NCBI GenBank assembly: GCA_026414805.1
Contig: JAOAIH010000008.1
Location: 1 to 64,000 of the forward strand
Direction: 5' to 3'
Source: Spirochaetota bacterium
Lineage (GTDB): Bacteria; Spirochaetota; UBA4802; UB4802
DNA: 64,000 nucleotides
Position 1 is the first letter of the stretch. Every line of letters starts with the position of its first letter. The notes beneath the pieces are model-generated. The model worked only from the letters and a program-made list of their open reading frames with translations. It did no database searches and was not told where the DNA came from. This document shows, in pieces, positions 10,608 to 19,892 of this stretch. The position numbers and the translations under genes are program-made.

Positions 10608-11933
10608 ATGGAACAAGAAACAATAGTAATAGCAGGATTGGGTTCGGCAGGGTATGCTGCGCTTGTTACGATAAAGCGTATTAATCCTAAAGCTCGTGTT
10701 GTTGTTATTGACCCTAAAGACAATGATATTGTTCATCCCTGTGGTTTGCCGTATGCGCTTGAGGGCATTGTAATTGATGAGCATCTCAAGCAGGATATTT
10801 TTTTGCACAGGATGAATGTTGAAAAGCGTAAGGGTATTGTGAAAAGTATTGATATTTCAAAAAAAGAAATTACTGTAGAGCAAGAAAATAGTAGTCATGT
10901 AGTTGCATACCAAAAAGCTATTTTGTGCACCGGTTACAGACCATTACTCCCGCCCATTATCAATGTTGAACAGTATATACACAATGGAGTATATACATTG
11001 AGCAGTCTATCCGATTTGCAAATGATAAAAAAGGAAATACATGAAAAAAAGCGGGCGATAGTTATTGGGGCAGGGGCTATAGGCCTTGAGGTTGCATATG
11101 CATTAAGAGTCTGTGGCATGGCTGTAACTGTAATTGAAGCAAAAGAAATTTTGTCACAAGCTGTTGATAGTGATATGGCTGAGATAGTAGAGCATTACTG
11201 TAGCAACCAAAGTATTCCCATTATAATGCATGCTCCAGTAACAGCATTGGAAAAGCATACGGAAGAATATATTGCAATAACTCCTGAAAAAGAATATACT
11301 GCCGACATTATCATTGTAGCTACCGGGTTTGCACCAAACTGTGATTGGGCTGTAAACTCTTCCCTTGCAACCAATAAAGATGGCGTAATAGTGAATGAAC
11401 ATCTGCAAGTACAACCGGATCTTTATGCTGCGGGAGATTGTATTAACAACTGGTCGGTTATAGATAAAAAGCCTTACCCGGTTAAATTGGCAACATCAGC
11501 ATATAAGCAGGGAATTGTTGCTGCTGAAAATGTTATGGGAATAAATTCTGTATATCGTGGTACTGCAGGCACATTTGTAACAAAAATAGGTGATCTGGAG
11601 ATTGCTGCAACAGGGTTTTCAACAAATGTTGCCAAGGAACGTGGCTTTTCTGTGATTGCAGGTAAAATTAGTGCTACAGTTAAACCAGAGTATTTTCCTA
11701 TCAATGAACGTTTGACTTTTAAAGTACTGTGTGATACAAATGGAAAACTTATAGGTGCTCAGGCCATAGGCCATGGTGCATCTGCGCGTATCAACATAGT
11801 AAGCCTTGCTATAGAATATGGATTAACTATTGACGAACTTATGCGTTTTGAAATGGCGTATTGCCCTGCGGTTAGCGAAGTGAATGATATTTTGTTTAAA
11901 GCCTGTGAGTTTGCAAAACGGAGACTGAAATGA
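10608..11933 (+). CDS. FAD-dependent pyridine nucleotide-disulfide oxidoreductase (NADH oxidase / CoA-disulfide reductase-like, single redox Cys)
   Basis: GLGSAGYAA FAD-binding fold, a single Cys in HPCGLPY (Nox/CoADR type), and a second Rossmann motif IVIGAGAIGLE. The stop overlaps the gcvT start (ATGA). Confidence 0.7.
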   Translation: MEQETIVIAGLGSAGYAALVTIKRINPKARVVVIDPKDNDIVHPCGLPYALEGIVIDEHLKQDIFLHRMNVEKRKGIVKSIDISKKEITVEQENSSHVVAYQKAILCTGYRPLLPPIINVEQYIHNGVYTLSSLSDLQMIKKEIHEKKRAIVIGAGAIGLEVAYALRVCGMAVTVIEAKEILSQAVDSDMAEIVEHYCSNQSIPIIMHAPVTALEKHTEEYIAITPEKEYTADIIIVATGFAPNCDWAVNSSLATNKDGVIVNEHLQVQPDLYAAGDCINNWSVIDKKPYPVKLATSAYKQGIVAAENVMGINSVYRGTAGTFVTKIGDLEIAATGFSTNVAKERGFSVIAGKISATVKPEYFPINERLTFKVLCDTNGKLIGAQAIGHGASARINIVSLAIEYGLTIDELMRFEMAYCPAVSEVNDILFKACEFAKRRLK

Positions 11934-13030
11934 ATGCTCAAAAAACCTTTCTGTATGAGGATCATATAAAATTAGGCGGTAAGATGGTTGAGTTTGCTGG
12001 ATGGGAATTGCCGGTGATGTATTCCTCAATTATTGAGGAGCATATGGCAGTGCGTCAGTCTGCGGGTTTATTTGATGTTTCACATATGGGTGAGATAGTT
12101 GTTAAAGGGAGAGGTGCACGGGCTGCTTTGCAAAGGCTTATCCCAACCGATATGGGAAGGCTTGAAAAAGGCAAGTCAATGTATACGTGCTTCCTGAATG
12201 AGCAGGGTGGTGTAATTGATGACCTCTTTATTTTTATGCTATCGGATAATGAATACTACCTGGTGGTAAATGCTGCCACAACCCAGAAGGATGTACAGTG
12301 GCTATTACAGAATTGCAAAACCAATGTTTCCATACAGGATGTTTCAGCCGCTACGGCTAAGATTGATCTGCAAGGTCCACAATCATATAATATTTTAAAA
12401 AAAATTATCAAAGATGACCGCTTAGAAGGGCTTGCACGATTTTATTTCTTTACTGGTACATATAAAGGTGAGCCAGTACTTATTTCACAAACGGGATACA
12501 CTGGTGAGTTTGGCTATGAGCTTTTCTGCATCAATAATGTGGCTTCACGGTTGTGGAATGATTTACTTGATGCAGGCAAGGAATATGGAATTAAACCTGT
12601 TGGCCTTGGTGCACGTGATACACTGCGCCTTGAAGCATCGTATTCGTTGTATGGGTATGAGCTAAGTGAAACTATATCACCAGTAGAAGGGGGTATTGGA
12701 TTTGTGGTGAGTGCACAGGCTGAGTATATTGCTAAAGATATCGTTGAAAAACAAAAAACCAGTGGTGCACCACGGCAAATAATATGCCTTGAAATGCTGG
12801 ATAAGGCAATTCCTAGAAGTGAATATAGAGTTTTGCATAATAATGAAGATATTGGATATATTACCAGTGGTGGTTTTTCACCACTTTTTAAAAAAGGCAT
12901 AGCTATGGCTCTTGTAAAAAGTGGCTTAGTATCAGTTGGGGATGAGGTGGCGATAGTTATCAGGGATAAAACAAGCCCTGCAAAGGTAGTACAAAGACCA
13001 TTTTACAAGTATACAGGCAAAAAGTTGTAA
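11930..13030 (+). CDS. gcvT: glycine cleavage system T protein (aminomethyltransferase)
   Basis: GcvT N-terminus KTFLYEDHIKLGGKMVEFAGWELPVMY and the GLFDVSHMG motif. 366 aa. Confidence 0.9.
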   Translation: MNAQKTFLYEDHIKLGGKMVEFAGWELPVMYSSIIEEHMAVRQSAGLFDVSHMGEIVVKGRGARAALQRLIPTDMGRLEKGKSMYTCFLNEQGGVIDDLFIFMLSDNEYYLVVNAATTQKDVQWLLQNCKTNVSIQDVSAATAKIDLQGPQSYNILKKIIKDDRLEGLARFYFFTGTYKGEPVLISQTGYTGEFGYELFCINNVASRLWNDLLDAGKEYGIKPVGLGARDTLRLEASYSLYGYELSETISPVEGGIGFVVSAQAEYIAKDIVEKQKTSGAPRQIICLEMLDKAIPRSEYRVLHNNEDIGYITSGGFSPLFKKGIAMALVKSGLVSVGDEVAIVIRDKTSPAKVVQRPFYKYTGKKL

Positions 13031-13120
13031 GGTTAGTATAATCAAAATGAATTGTCAATAGAGTGTTAATTATCACAAGGGGAGGTTTTGCAATTGCAAT
13101 ATTGAGGATGGCAACATCCT

Positions 13121-13494
13121 CTGTCATTATGAGAAGCGATATATTCCTTATATCGTATTGAAGAGTGCGGTACTCTCTTTTGTCGTATCAAGAAGCGTGG
13201 TACTCCCTCCTGTCATTTCGAGGAGCGAAGCGACGAGAAATCTTCACTTCACACAAGAGGAAAGATTTCTCATCCCGATAAATCGGGATTTGAAATGACA
13301 GAGTAGCAGAGAAGTGATTGGAAATGACAAGGTAGGAGACAAGGGATTGTAAATGACAAGGTAGGAGACAAGGGATTGTAAATGACATAGTAGCGAGTAA
13401 GGGACTACAAATGACAGAGTAAAAAGTAAAGAATTTGTAGTAACAGAGTAGCCAATAGTGATTTGAAATGGCAGGGTGATGATAATGTATTAGA
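13121..13494. repeat. composite repeat: about 4 reverse-orientation units (13121-13240), two perfect hairpins (13235-13289), then about 7 direct 29-bp units (13294-13494)
   Basis: Direct units such as aaatgacaaggtaggagacaagggattgt occur twice identically plus 5 degenerate copies. The upstream units (..gtactccctcctgtcattt..) are their reverse complements. Hairpin stems are gagaaatctt/aagatttctc (10 bp) and atcccgat/atcgggat (8 bp). Confidence 0.8.
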
Positions 13495-13535
13495 ACCAAA
13501 ACTTGAAATAAATACTTTTTTATAGGAGCATTACA

Positions 13536-13928
13536 ATGAGCACTATTCCTGAAAATCTAAAATACACTAAAACACATGAATGGGTTGAATTACAGGAAAA
13601 TTATACCTGCAAGTGTGGTATAACCGATCATGCACAGGAAATGTTAACAGATATTGTTTTTGTTGAATTGCCGGAAGTGGGCATTGAAGTGAAAGCGGGT
13701 GAGCAGGTTGCTGTGGTTGAGTCTGTAAAAGCAGTTAGCGATGTGTATGCGCCTGTGAGCGGAAGAATTGTTGAAGTGAATAAAACGCTGGAAGATTCCC
13801 CAGATTTAATAAACACTGACCCATATGGTGAAGGTTGGATTTTTGTAATTGATATGAAAGATAAAAATGAACTTGATGATCTTTTGGACGCAAATGCCTA
13901 TGCAGATCATGTAGCCTCAGGAGACTGA
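13536..13928 (+). CDS. gcvH: glycine cleavage system H protein
   Basis: Lipoyl-lysine motif VESVKAVSDVYAPVSG. 130 aa. Confidence 0.9.
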   Translation: MSTIPENLKYTKTHEWVELQENYTCKCGITDHAQEMLTDIVFVELPEVGIEVKAGEQVAVVESVKAVSDVYAPVSGRIVEVNKTLEDSPDLINTDPYGEGWIFVIDMKDKNELDDLLDANAYADHVASGD

Positions 13929-13930
13929 TA

Positions 13931-15250
13931 ATGAATTTTTTGCCTAACAGCAATGACGATATTAATGCTATGTGTAGTGATATTGGCGTGAAGAATATCG
14001 ATGAACTTTTTGCAGATATTCCCCGCGCTGTTTTAAACCCTGAAATAAAATTGCCAAAACCTCTTTCAGAACAGGAAGCATTGCACTCTGTTCTTTCTAT
14101 TAGCAGGAATAATACGCAGGTGCGTTCATTTGTGGGTGCCGGAGTATATCATCATTATGTGCCTGCAGTTGTTGATCACCTTGCATCCAGGTCTGAATTT
14201 TATACTGCCTACACACCCTATCAGCCTGAAGTGAGTCAGGGAACACTTGCAGCAATTTTTGAATTTCAGACGTATATGTGCAGACTCACTGGCATGGATA
14301 TTGCTAATGCCAGCATGTATGATGGTGCAACAGCATTAGCCGAAGCTGTACTTATGGCAGTACGTACCACCAAAAAAAATAAGGTCTTATGCTCTGCAAC
14401 TGTTCATCCTCATTATCGGGAAGTACTTGCAACGTATGCATGGGGATCAGATATTGTTTTGCAGATAGTTCCGTATAACAACGGTATTACTAATTTACAG
14501 GAGCTATCGCACAAGATACAAAATGATGTTGCATGTGTTATTGTACAGAGTCCCAACTTTTTTGGGGTGATAGAAGATGTAAGCAAAGTATCAGAGATAG
14601 CGCATGCGCACGCAGCGTTGTGTATCGTGACATTTACTGAAGCAGTAAGCCTTGGTTTGCTTAAAAGCCCTGGCGAATGTGGAGCGGATATTGTGTGTGG
14701 CGAAGGACAATCATTGGGCAATTACCCCGCGTGCGGTGGACCACTGTTAGGGGTGCTTGCATGCAAAAAAGAATTTATGCGCACCATTCCCGGAAGGCTT
14801 ATTGGTAAAACGGTTGATGAACAAGGAAGAGAAGCGTATGTAATGACATTGCAGACACGTGAGCAGCACATACGACGTGAACGAGCTACCTCAAATATTT
14901 GCACCAATGAAGGATTGTGTGCATTGCGGGCAACAATTTATTTGAGTGTTGTAGGCAATAAGCTTTTTGATATAGCAAAGCTTAACCATGCTGTTGCAAG
15001 CTATTGCCTGGAACAATTAGTGCAATTGGGTTATCAGCGTGTATTTGATGCCCCATTTTTTAATGAATTTGTTATAAAGATTAACAATGCAAAAGATGTG
15101 CGGAGCCGCTTGATTGACCATGGATATGCTCTGGGAATCTTACTTGATACATACTATCCGGAGTTATCGGATTGCCTTTTAATTACTACAACTGAATGTA
15201 TCACTAAAAATGATGTTGATGCACTTGTTACACTTTTACAGACAATATAA
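13931..15250 (+). CDS. gcvPA: glycine dehydrogenase (decarboxylating) subunit 1
   Basis: Split P-protein N-terminal subunit of 439 aa, lying immediately between gcvH and gcvPB. Confidence 0.85.
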   Translation: MNFLPNSNDDINAMCSDIGVKNIDELFADIPRAVLNPEIKLPKPLSEQEALHSVLSISRNNTQVRSFVGAGVYHHYVPAVVDHLASRSEFYTAYTPYQPEVSQGTLAAIFEFQTYMCRLTGMDIANASMYDGATALAEAVLMAVRTTKKNKVLCSATVHPHYREVLATYAWGSDIVLQIVPYNNGITNLQELSHKIQNDVACVIVQSPNFFGVIEDVSKVSEIAHAHAALCIVTFTEAVSLGLLKSPGECGADIVCGEGQSLGNYPACGGPLLGVLACKKEFMRTIPGRLIGKTVDEQGREAYVMTLQTREQHIRRERATSNICTNEGLCALRATIYLSVVGNKLFDIAKLNHAVASYCLEQLVQLGYQRVFDAPFFNEFVIKINNAKDVRSRLIDHGYALGILLDTYYPELSDCLLITTTECITKNDVDALVTLLQTI

Positions 15251-16686
15251 TGGTGAGCACAATGCAAACAATATTTTCATTACATAAAAAAGGTAAGAAT
15301 AAATACTCTGTGCCTTCCTTTGATGCTCCAAGCTATGATGCAATACCTGACAACCTGTGCCGTCAACAGCTTAACTTAGCTGATGTCAATGAGGTTGAAG
15401 TAGTGCGTCACTACCGAAAGCTTTCAAGCCTTAACTTTGGTGTTGATAACGGTATGTATCCACTGGGCAGCTGTACCATGAAATACAACCCAAAAATAAA
15501 TGATGTTGTTGCAAGCCTTGAACAATTTGTACATCAGCATCCAGCAACGATTGAGGAGCTATCGCAAGGGTCATTGCATATTATGTATGAATTGCAGGAA
15601 ATGCTGTGTGCAATTACCGGCATGAGGCAATTTTCACTTATACCTGCTGCTGGGGCGCATGGTGAGCTAGCAAGCGTGATGATAATTAAAAAATATTTTG
15701 AAGTAAAAGGGGAAAGGCGTGATGTTATTCTGATCCCAGACTCAGCTCATGGTACCAACCCTGCTTCGGTTGCCATGTGTGGATTCAATGTAAAGGAAAT
15801 ACCGTCAAACAGTGAGGGCGATGTAGATATCAATGCATTGGAAGCTGCCATGGATGACAATGTAGCAGCAATGATGCTGACGTGCCCCAATACATTAGGG
15901 CTGTTTGATAAAAATATTTTAACAATAGCTGATCTGCTGCACCGTAGAGGGGCATTATTCTATTGTGATGGTGCAAACCTTAATGCTATTGTTGGGAAAG
16001 TTCGTCCTGCGGATTTAGGATTTGACATCATGCATGTAAATCTGCACAAGACATTTTCCACGCCCCATGGAGGAGGAGGCCCGGGCTCGGGTCCAATTGG
16101 TGTTGTTGATAAACTTTCACCATTTTTGCCTGTTCCAGCAATAGAAAGAAAAAATAACCGGTATTGCCTTAATTATTCCAAACCGCATTCAATTGGCAGA
16201 GTACACAGCTTTTATGGTAATTTTTTAATTATGCTTAGGGCTTATACGTATATTGCAATGTTGGGAGCACAAGGATTAAAACAGGTAGCTGAACACGCTG
16301 TTGTAAACGCCAACTACCTGCGTGTTAAATTGCAGCAGCACTTTAACCTGCCCTATAAACGAGTTTGCATGCATGAGTTTGTGATAAACGATGAAGGTAT
16401 ACCAAATGGTATAACAACCAATGAAATTGCAAAGCGCTTGCTTGACTATGGATTTCATGCACCAACAGTGTATTTCCCGCTTATTGTGCATGGTGCTATG
16501 ATGATAGAGCCAACTGAAACTGAGCACAAGGATACGCTTGATGCATTTGTACATGCAATGGTTGCAATTAAAAATGAAGCGTCAACAAACCCTGAAATAC
16601 TGAAAAGCGCACCAACTACCACTCCAGTGCGCAAAGTTGATGCAGTATTAGCAGCACGTAAGCCGGTACTCAAATGGGAAGAGTAA
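15250..16686 (+). CDS. gcvPB: glycine dehydrogenase (decarboxylating) subunit 2, PLP-binding
   Basis: PLP-lysine region NLHKTFSTPHGGGGPG. Start overlaps the gcvPA stop (TAATG). Confidence 0.9.
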   Translation: MVSTMQTIFSLHKKGKNKYSVPSFDAPSYDAIPDNLCRQQLNLADVNEVEVVRHYRKLSSLNFGVDNGMYPLGSCTMKYNPKINDVVASLEQFVHQHPATIEELSQGSLHIMYELQEMLCAITGMRQFSLIPAAGAHGELASVMIIKKYFEVKGERRDVILIPDSAHGTNPASVAMCGFNVKEIPSNSEGDVDINALEAAMDDNVAAMMLTCPNTLGLFDKNILTIADLLHRRGALFYCDGANLNAIVGKVRPADLGFDIMHVNLHKTFSTPHGGGGPGSGPIGVVDKLSPFLPVPAIERKNNRYCLNYSKPHSIGRVHSFYGNFLIMLRAYTYIAMLGAQGLKQVAEHAVVNANYLRVKLQQHFNLPYKRVCMHEFVINDEGIPNGITTNEIAKRLLDYGFHAPTVYFPLIVHGAMMIEPTETEHKDTLDAFVHAMVAIKNEASTNPEILKSAPTTTPVRKVDAVLAARKPVLKWEE

Positions 16687-17525
16687 GGACAATTCCTGAC
16701 TGGATAAAATATTCGATTCCTTCTGGTCCACACTATAAAAAGGTACAACAGCATATTGCTCGATGTGGGCTGCACACAGTGTGCCTTGAGGCGCGCTGTC
16801 CAAATATTGGCCAGTGCTTTTCACAGGGTCATGCCACATTCCTGATTATGGGTAATATCTGTACGCGCAATTGCAGGTATTGTGCAGTTACAAAAGGGCA
16901 GCCGCAGCAACCTGATAAAGATGAGCCCCAAAAAATTGCGCAGGCAGTAGTACATCTTCAACTAAAATATGTAGTTATTACTTCAGTGACGCGTGATGAC
17001 CTTATTGATGGTGGTGCATACCATTTTGTTAACACCATTGAGGCAATCCGCCGCGCAAGTCCAGGCACAAAAATAGAAGTGTTGATTCCGGATTTTAAGT
17101 TTTCACTACAGCTATCGCTTCTAAAAATAATAAATGCAAATCCTGATGTTGTTAATCATAATATAGAAGTTGCAAAAAGCCATTATGCAATGTTGCGTCC
17201 ACAAGGTGATTATGATACATCGCTAAAAGTATTGGCGATAGTTACCGGTCATGGGCTTGTTGCCAAATCAGGTATTATGATTGGATTTGGTGAAACTATG
17301 GATGACATCATTCAGACGCTTACCGATGTATATTCTACTGGATGTAAAGTGATAACGATTGGACAGTACTGCGCTTCGCATAAGGGGGCATACCCGGTGC
17401 ATAAATTCTATACACCGGAGGAATTCAAAGAAATAGAAACAATTGCCTATACAATTGGTTTTACCAGAGTACTTGCTGCACCACTTGTACGCAGTTCATA
17501 CAGGGCAGGTGAGCTTTTGCAATGA
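16674..17525 (+). CDS. lipA: lipoyl synthase (radical SAM)
   Basis: Two Cys clusters, CLEARCPNIGQC and CTRNCRYC. Confidence 0.9.
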   Translation: MGRVRTIPDWIKYSIPSGPHYKKVQQHIARCGLHTVCLEARCPNIGQCFSQGHATFLIMGNICTRNCRYCAVTKGQPQQPDKDEPQKIAQAVVHLQLKYVVITSVTRDDLIDGGAYHFVNTIEAIRRASPGTKIEVLIPDFKFSLQLSLLKIINANPDVVNHNIEVAKSHYAMLRPQGDYDTSLKVLAIVTGHGLVAKSGIMIGFGETMDDIIQTLTDVYSTGCKVITIGQYCASHKGAYPVHKFYTPEEFKEIETIAYTIGFTRVLAAPLVRSSYRAGELLQ

Positions 17526-17803
17526 TTCATGTTGCATTGAAAAATCCTAGTGAAAAGTTAGTGCATATTGATGTAATATTTGATAAAAACAAAATAGCAT
17601 ATGTTCATATCTCAGGTGATTTTTTTATTTATCCAGAAGAAGCAATTACTACTATAGAGAAATCACTGATAGGTTTGGCGGTTAATAAAGAACAAATTCA
17701 GCATGAGCTTAACACATTAGTGCAGATTGGTAATATTCAGCTGGTTGGTATATCCCCAGCAACTATTGTACAGGGTATTCTGGAGGCTTTTGCTCAACAA
17801 TGA
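17522..17803 (+). CDS. lipoate-protein ligase A C-terminal-domain protein (LplB-like accessory subunit)
   Basis: 93 aa with the HISGDFF and LVG pattern of the LplA C-terminal domain. Translationally coupled to the catalytic subunit gene. Confidence 0.6.
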   Translation: MIHVALKNPSEKLVHIDVIFDKNKIAYVHISGDFFIYPEEAITTIEKSLIGLAVNKEQIQHELNTLVQIGNIQLVGISPATIVQGILEAFAQQ

Positions 17804-18552
17804 GGATGTGGCGGCTGATAATTCATGGTGAATGCCAACCAACCTGGAATATGGCGGTTGATGGGGCAATAGTTCGATGTTCGGATACGCCGACTCTGCG
17901 GCTCTACCGGTGGGCTAGGCCTGCAATAACTATTGGCTATTTTCAGGATATTGAAAAAGAGGTAAATTGTGCACAGTGTAAAAAAGATGATGTACAGGTT
18001 ATTCGCAGGGTAACGGGGGGCGGTGCAGTATTTCATCATAAGGAAATTACTTACAGCTTTGTACATCCGTTGCATGGAGTATTTGCAAAAGGGACAATAA
18101 CAGATTCGTACTATTTGATTGCACAACCGCTGATTATGGCACTTGTTTCATTAGGAATTGATGCACGGTACAGTGCCATTAACGATATTATTGTGGGTAA
18201 TAAAAAAATTTCTGGAAGCGCACAAACGCGAAAAGAAGGCAAAATATTGCAGCATGGAACACTGCTGGTTGCTACCGATACTGAAAGGATGTTTAACTAT
18301 TTAACTATCGATCCAAAAAAAGTAAAACATGAAGGAAAGCCTGTAGTGACATTAAAAGATCTGTTACCGGATATGTCAGAAGAAATTATATACCAGCATT
18401 TGATACAGGCTATAATAGATTCATTCAGAAAAGTTTTTAACATTGAGTTTGAAGAGTCTGATCTTACCCACCAGGAACAATATATAGCAGTTGAGTTGGA
18501 AAAAAACTATTTTGCCAATGAAAATTGGAATTGCCGGCGCTTGTCGCCATAG
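17800..18552 (+). CDS. lipoate-protein ligase / octanoyltransferase catalytic subunit (LplA-N or LipM-like)
   Basis: BPL/LplA catalytic motifs RRVTGGGAVFH and KISGSAQTRKEGKILQHGTLL. Lacks a C-terminal domain. Confidence 0.8.
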   Translation: MRMWRLIIHGECQPTWNMAVDGAIVRCSDTPTLRLYRWARPAITIGYFQDIEKEVNCAQCKKDDVQVIRRVTGGGAVFHHKEITYSFVHPLHGVFAKGTITDSYYLIAQPLIMALVSLGIDARYSAINDIIVGNKKISGSAQTRKEGKILQHGTLLVATDTERMFNYLTIDPKKVKHEGKPVVTLKDLLPDMSEEIIYQHLIQAIIDSFRKVFNIEFEESDLTHQEQYIAVELEKNYFANENWNCRRLSP

Positions 18553-18558
18553 TAAAAA

Positions 18559-19434
18559 TTATACATCTATGCCAATATATTTCTTAATAACAAATCCAAT
18601 TGCAAATGATATACACGCAACTCCAAGACTGATAAGTGCCATTTCAATAAAACGTTTTTTGAAATCAAGATCCTTTGCAATGGCAATATAATAGTTGAAG
18701 AAAAAGATTATTAGTAGAGCTATCGCCACAGTAAATACAAGAGCAATAAGATAGTGGCTTGCTAAAAAATATGGAATTATTAAAAGCATTACCGTGACGA
18801 TGTATGCAATCCCTGTATAGACAGCTGACTTTAATGCATCCTTTGCGTCTTCAGCTTTGCTTGAAAGATATTCGGATGCAGCCATTGACAGCGCTGCGGC
18901 AATTCCTGTAATTAGACCTGCCAGTGCAATAAGCCTGGTATTGGCTAGTGCAAATGAAAGCCCGGCTAATGTGCCCGTAAGTTCTACAAGCGCATCGTTA
19001 AGACCCAAAACAACTGAGCCCACATATTGAAGGTGTTCTTCTTCAAGCAGAATGTATAATTCTTTTTCATGAGCGTGCTCATCTTTTATTAATTTCTTTA
19101 TTTCGGGAATTATATGTTCAAGTGATTTATACGATGCTTGAGCCTGTTCCTCGCCTCGTTCCATTAATTTTATGCCAAAAGTTAATCCAAAGAGGCGTGA
19201 TATGATATAATATTTAATTATCTTCCATCTGTCTGGCTTTACGTCAGAATGAGTATACCCTTTCCAGAACTCATAATGTTTTTTTTCGTCTTCAGCCACT
19301 TTTTTCAATATGCGGGCATTATGGTGATTCTTAATATTAGAAGCTAAAAGATTGTAAATATGGTATTCGGTTAATTCACTTTTTTGGAACTTAATTATTG
19401 TCAGAATGGTTTCAGGGGTTAAGTGCTTTTGCAT
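18559..19434 (-). CDS. VIT1/CCC1-family Fe/Mn transporter with an N-terminal ferritin-like (rubrerythrin-like) domain
   Basis: Ferritin-like EDEKKHYEFW ... DEHAHEKEL pair followed by the VIT1 membrane core VVLGLNDALVELTGTLAG. Confidence 0.7.
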   Translation of the reverse strand: MQKHLTPETILTIIKFQKSELTEYHIYNLLASNIKNHHNARILKKVAEDEKKHYEFWKGYTHSDVKPDRWKIIKYYIISRLFGLTFGIKLMERGEEQAQASYKSLEHIIPEIKKLIKDEHAHEKELYILLEEEHLQYVGSVVLGLNDALVELTGTLAGLSFALANTRLIALAGLITGIAAALSMAASEYLSSKAEDAKDALKSAVYTGIAYIVTVMLLIIPYFLASHYLIALVFTVAIALLIIFFFNYYIAIAKDLDFKKRFIEMALISLGVACISFAIGFVIKKYIGIDV

Positions 19435-19443
19435 CGGTGTACC

Positions 19444-19647
19444 CTAAATTTCTATAATATCATAGACAATATTGAAAGAGATGAGGCATTGAAGGACAGC
19501 TTTAAGCGGCATTCCTCTGGTGAATTTGATGAGAAAGTCATTGGATACATCACTGAACTGCCAGCTACTCCCTTCTACCAGGATTTTACCTGAGTATTCC
19601 AGTGAATCGGCATCATACAGGATTACTTCTTTAATGTTTGTGCTCAT
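19444..19647 (-). CDS. small hypothetical protein (67 aa), co-transcribed with the VIT1 transporter gene
   Basis: GGAGGAG RBS 8 nt upstream of the ATG. There is a 9-nt gap to the downstream transporter gene. No recognisable motif. Confidence 0.45.
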   Translation of the reverse strand: MSTNIKEVILYDADSLEYSGKILVEGSSWQFSDVSNDFLIKFTRGMPLKAVLQCLISFNIVYDIIEI

Positions 19648-19892
19648 ACTAAAAACTCCTCCGGTACTATGCTTTTGATGTGCTAAACACTGGCTATTGC
19701 CAGAACAAACATATTACATTGCTCCTCAACCAGTACCATGTCATGAACTTATTTTAAGGATTGATACATGATTTTGGATGAAGATATATTCTTCAGTTTT
19801 TAAGTCTAAATTAGAATGATAGTGCATGTTTAAGCCACGAATGATGCTAACTATACTCAGTAAAATTAGATAAATGCAATGTTGTGGACAAT

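Noticed and set aside
13121-13494. CRISPR array
   Set aside because: The 29-30-bp units are directly abutting with no unique spacers, are degenerate, and occur in both orientations. This is a tandem/inverted repeat, not repeat-spacer architecture, and no cas genes are nearby.
13031-13535. Glycine riboswitch upstream of gcvH
   Set aside because: No GGAGAG...CACCGAAGG...GCAA aptamer consensus could be found by eye. The region is dominated by the repeat arrays instead.
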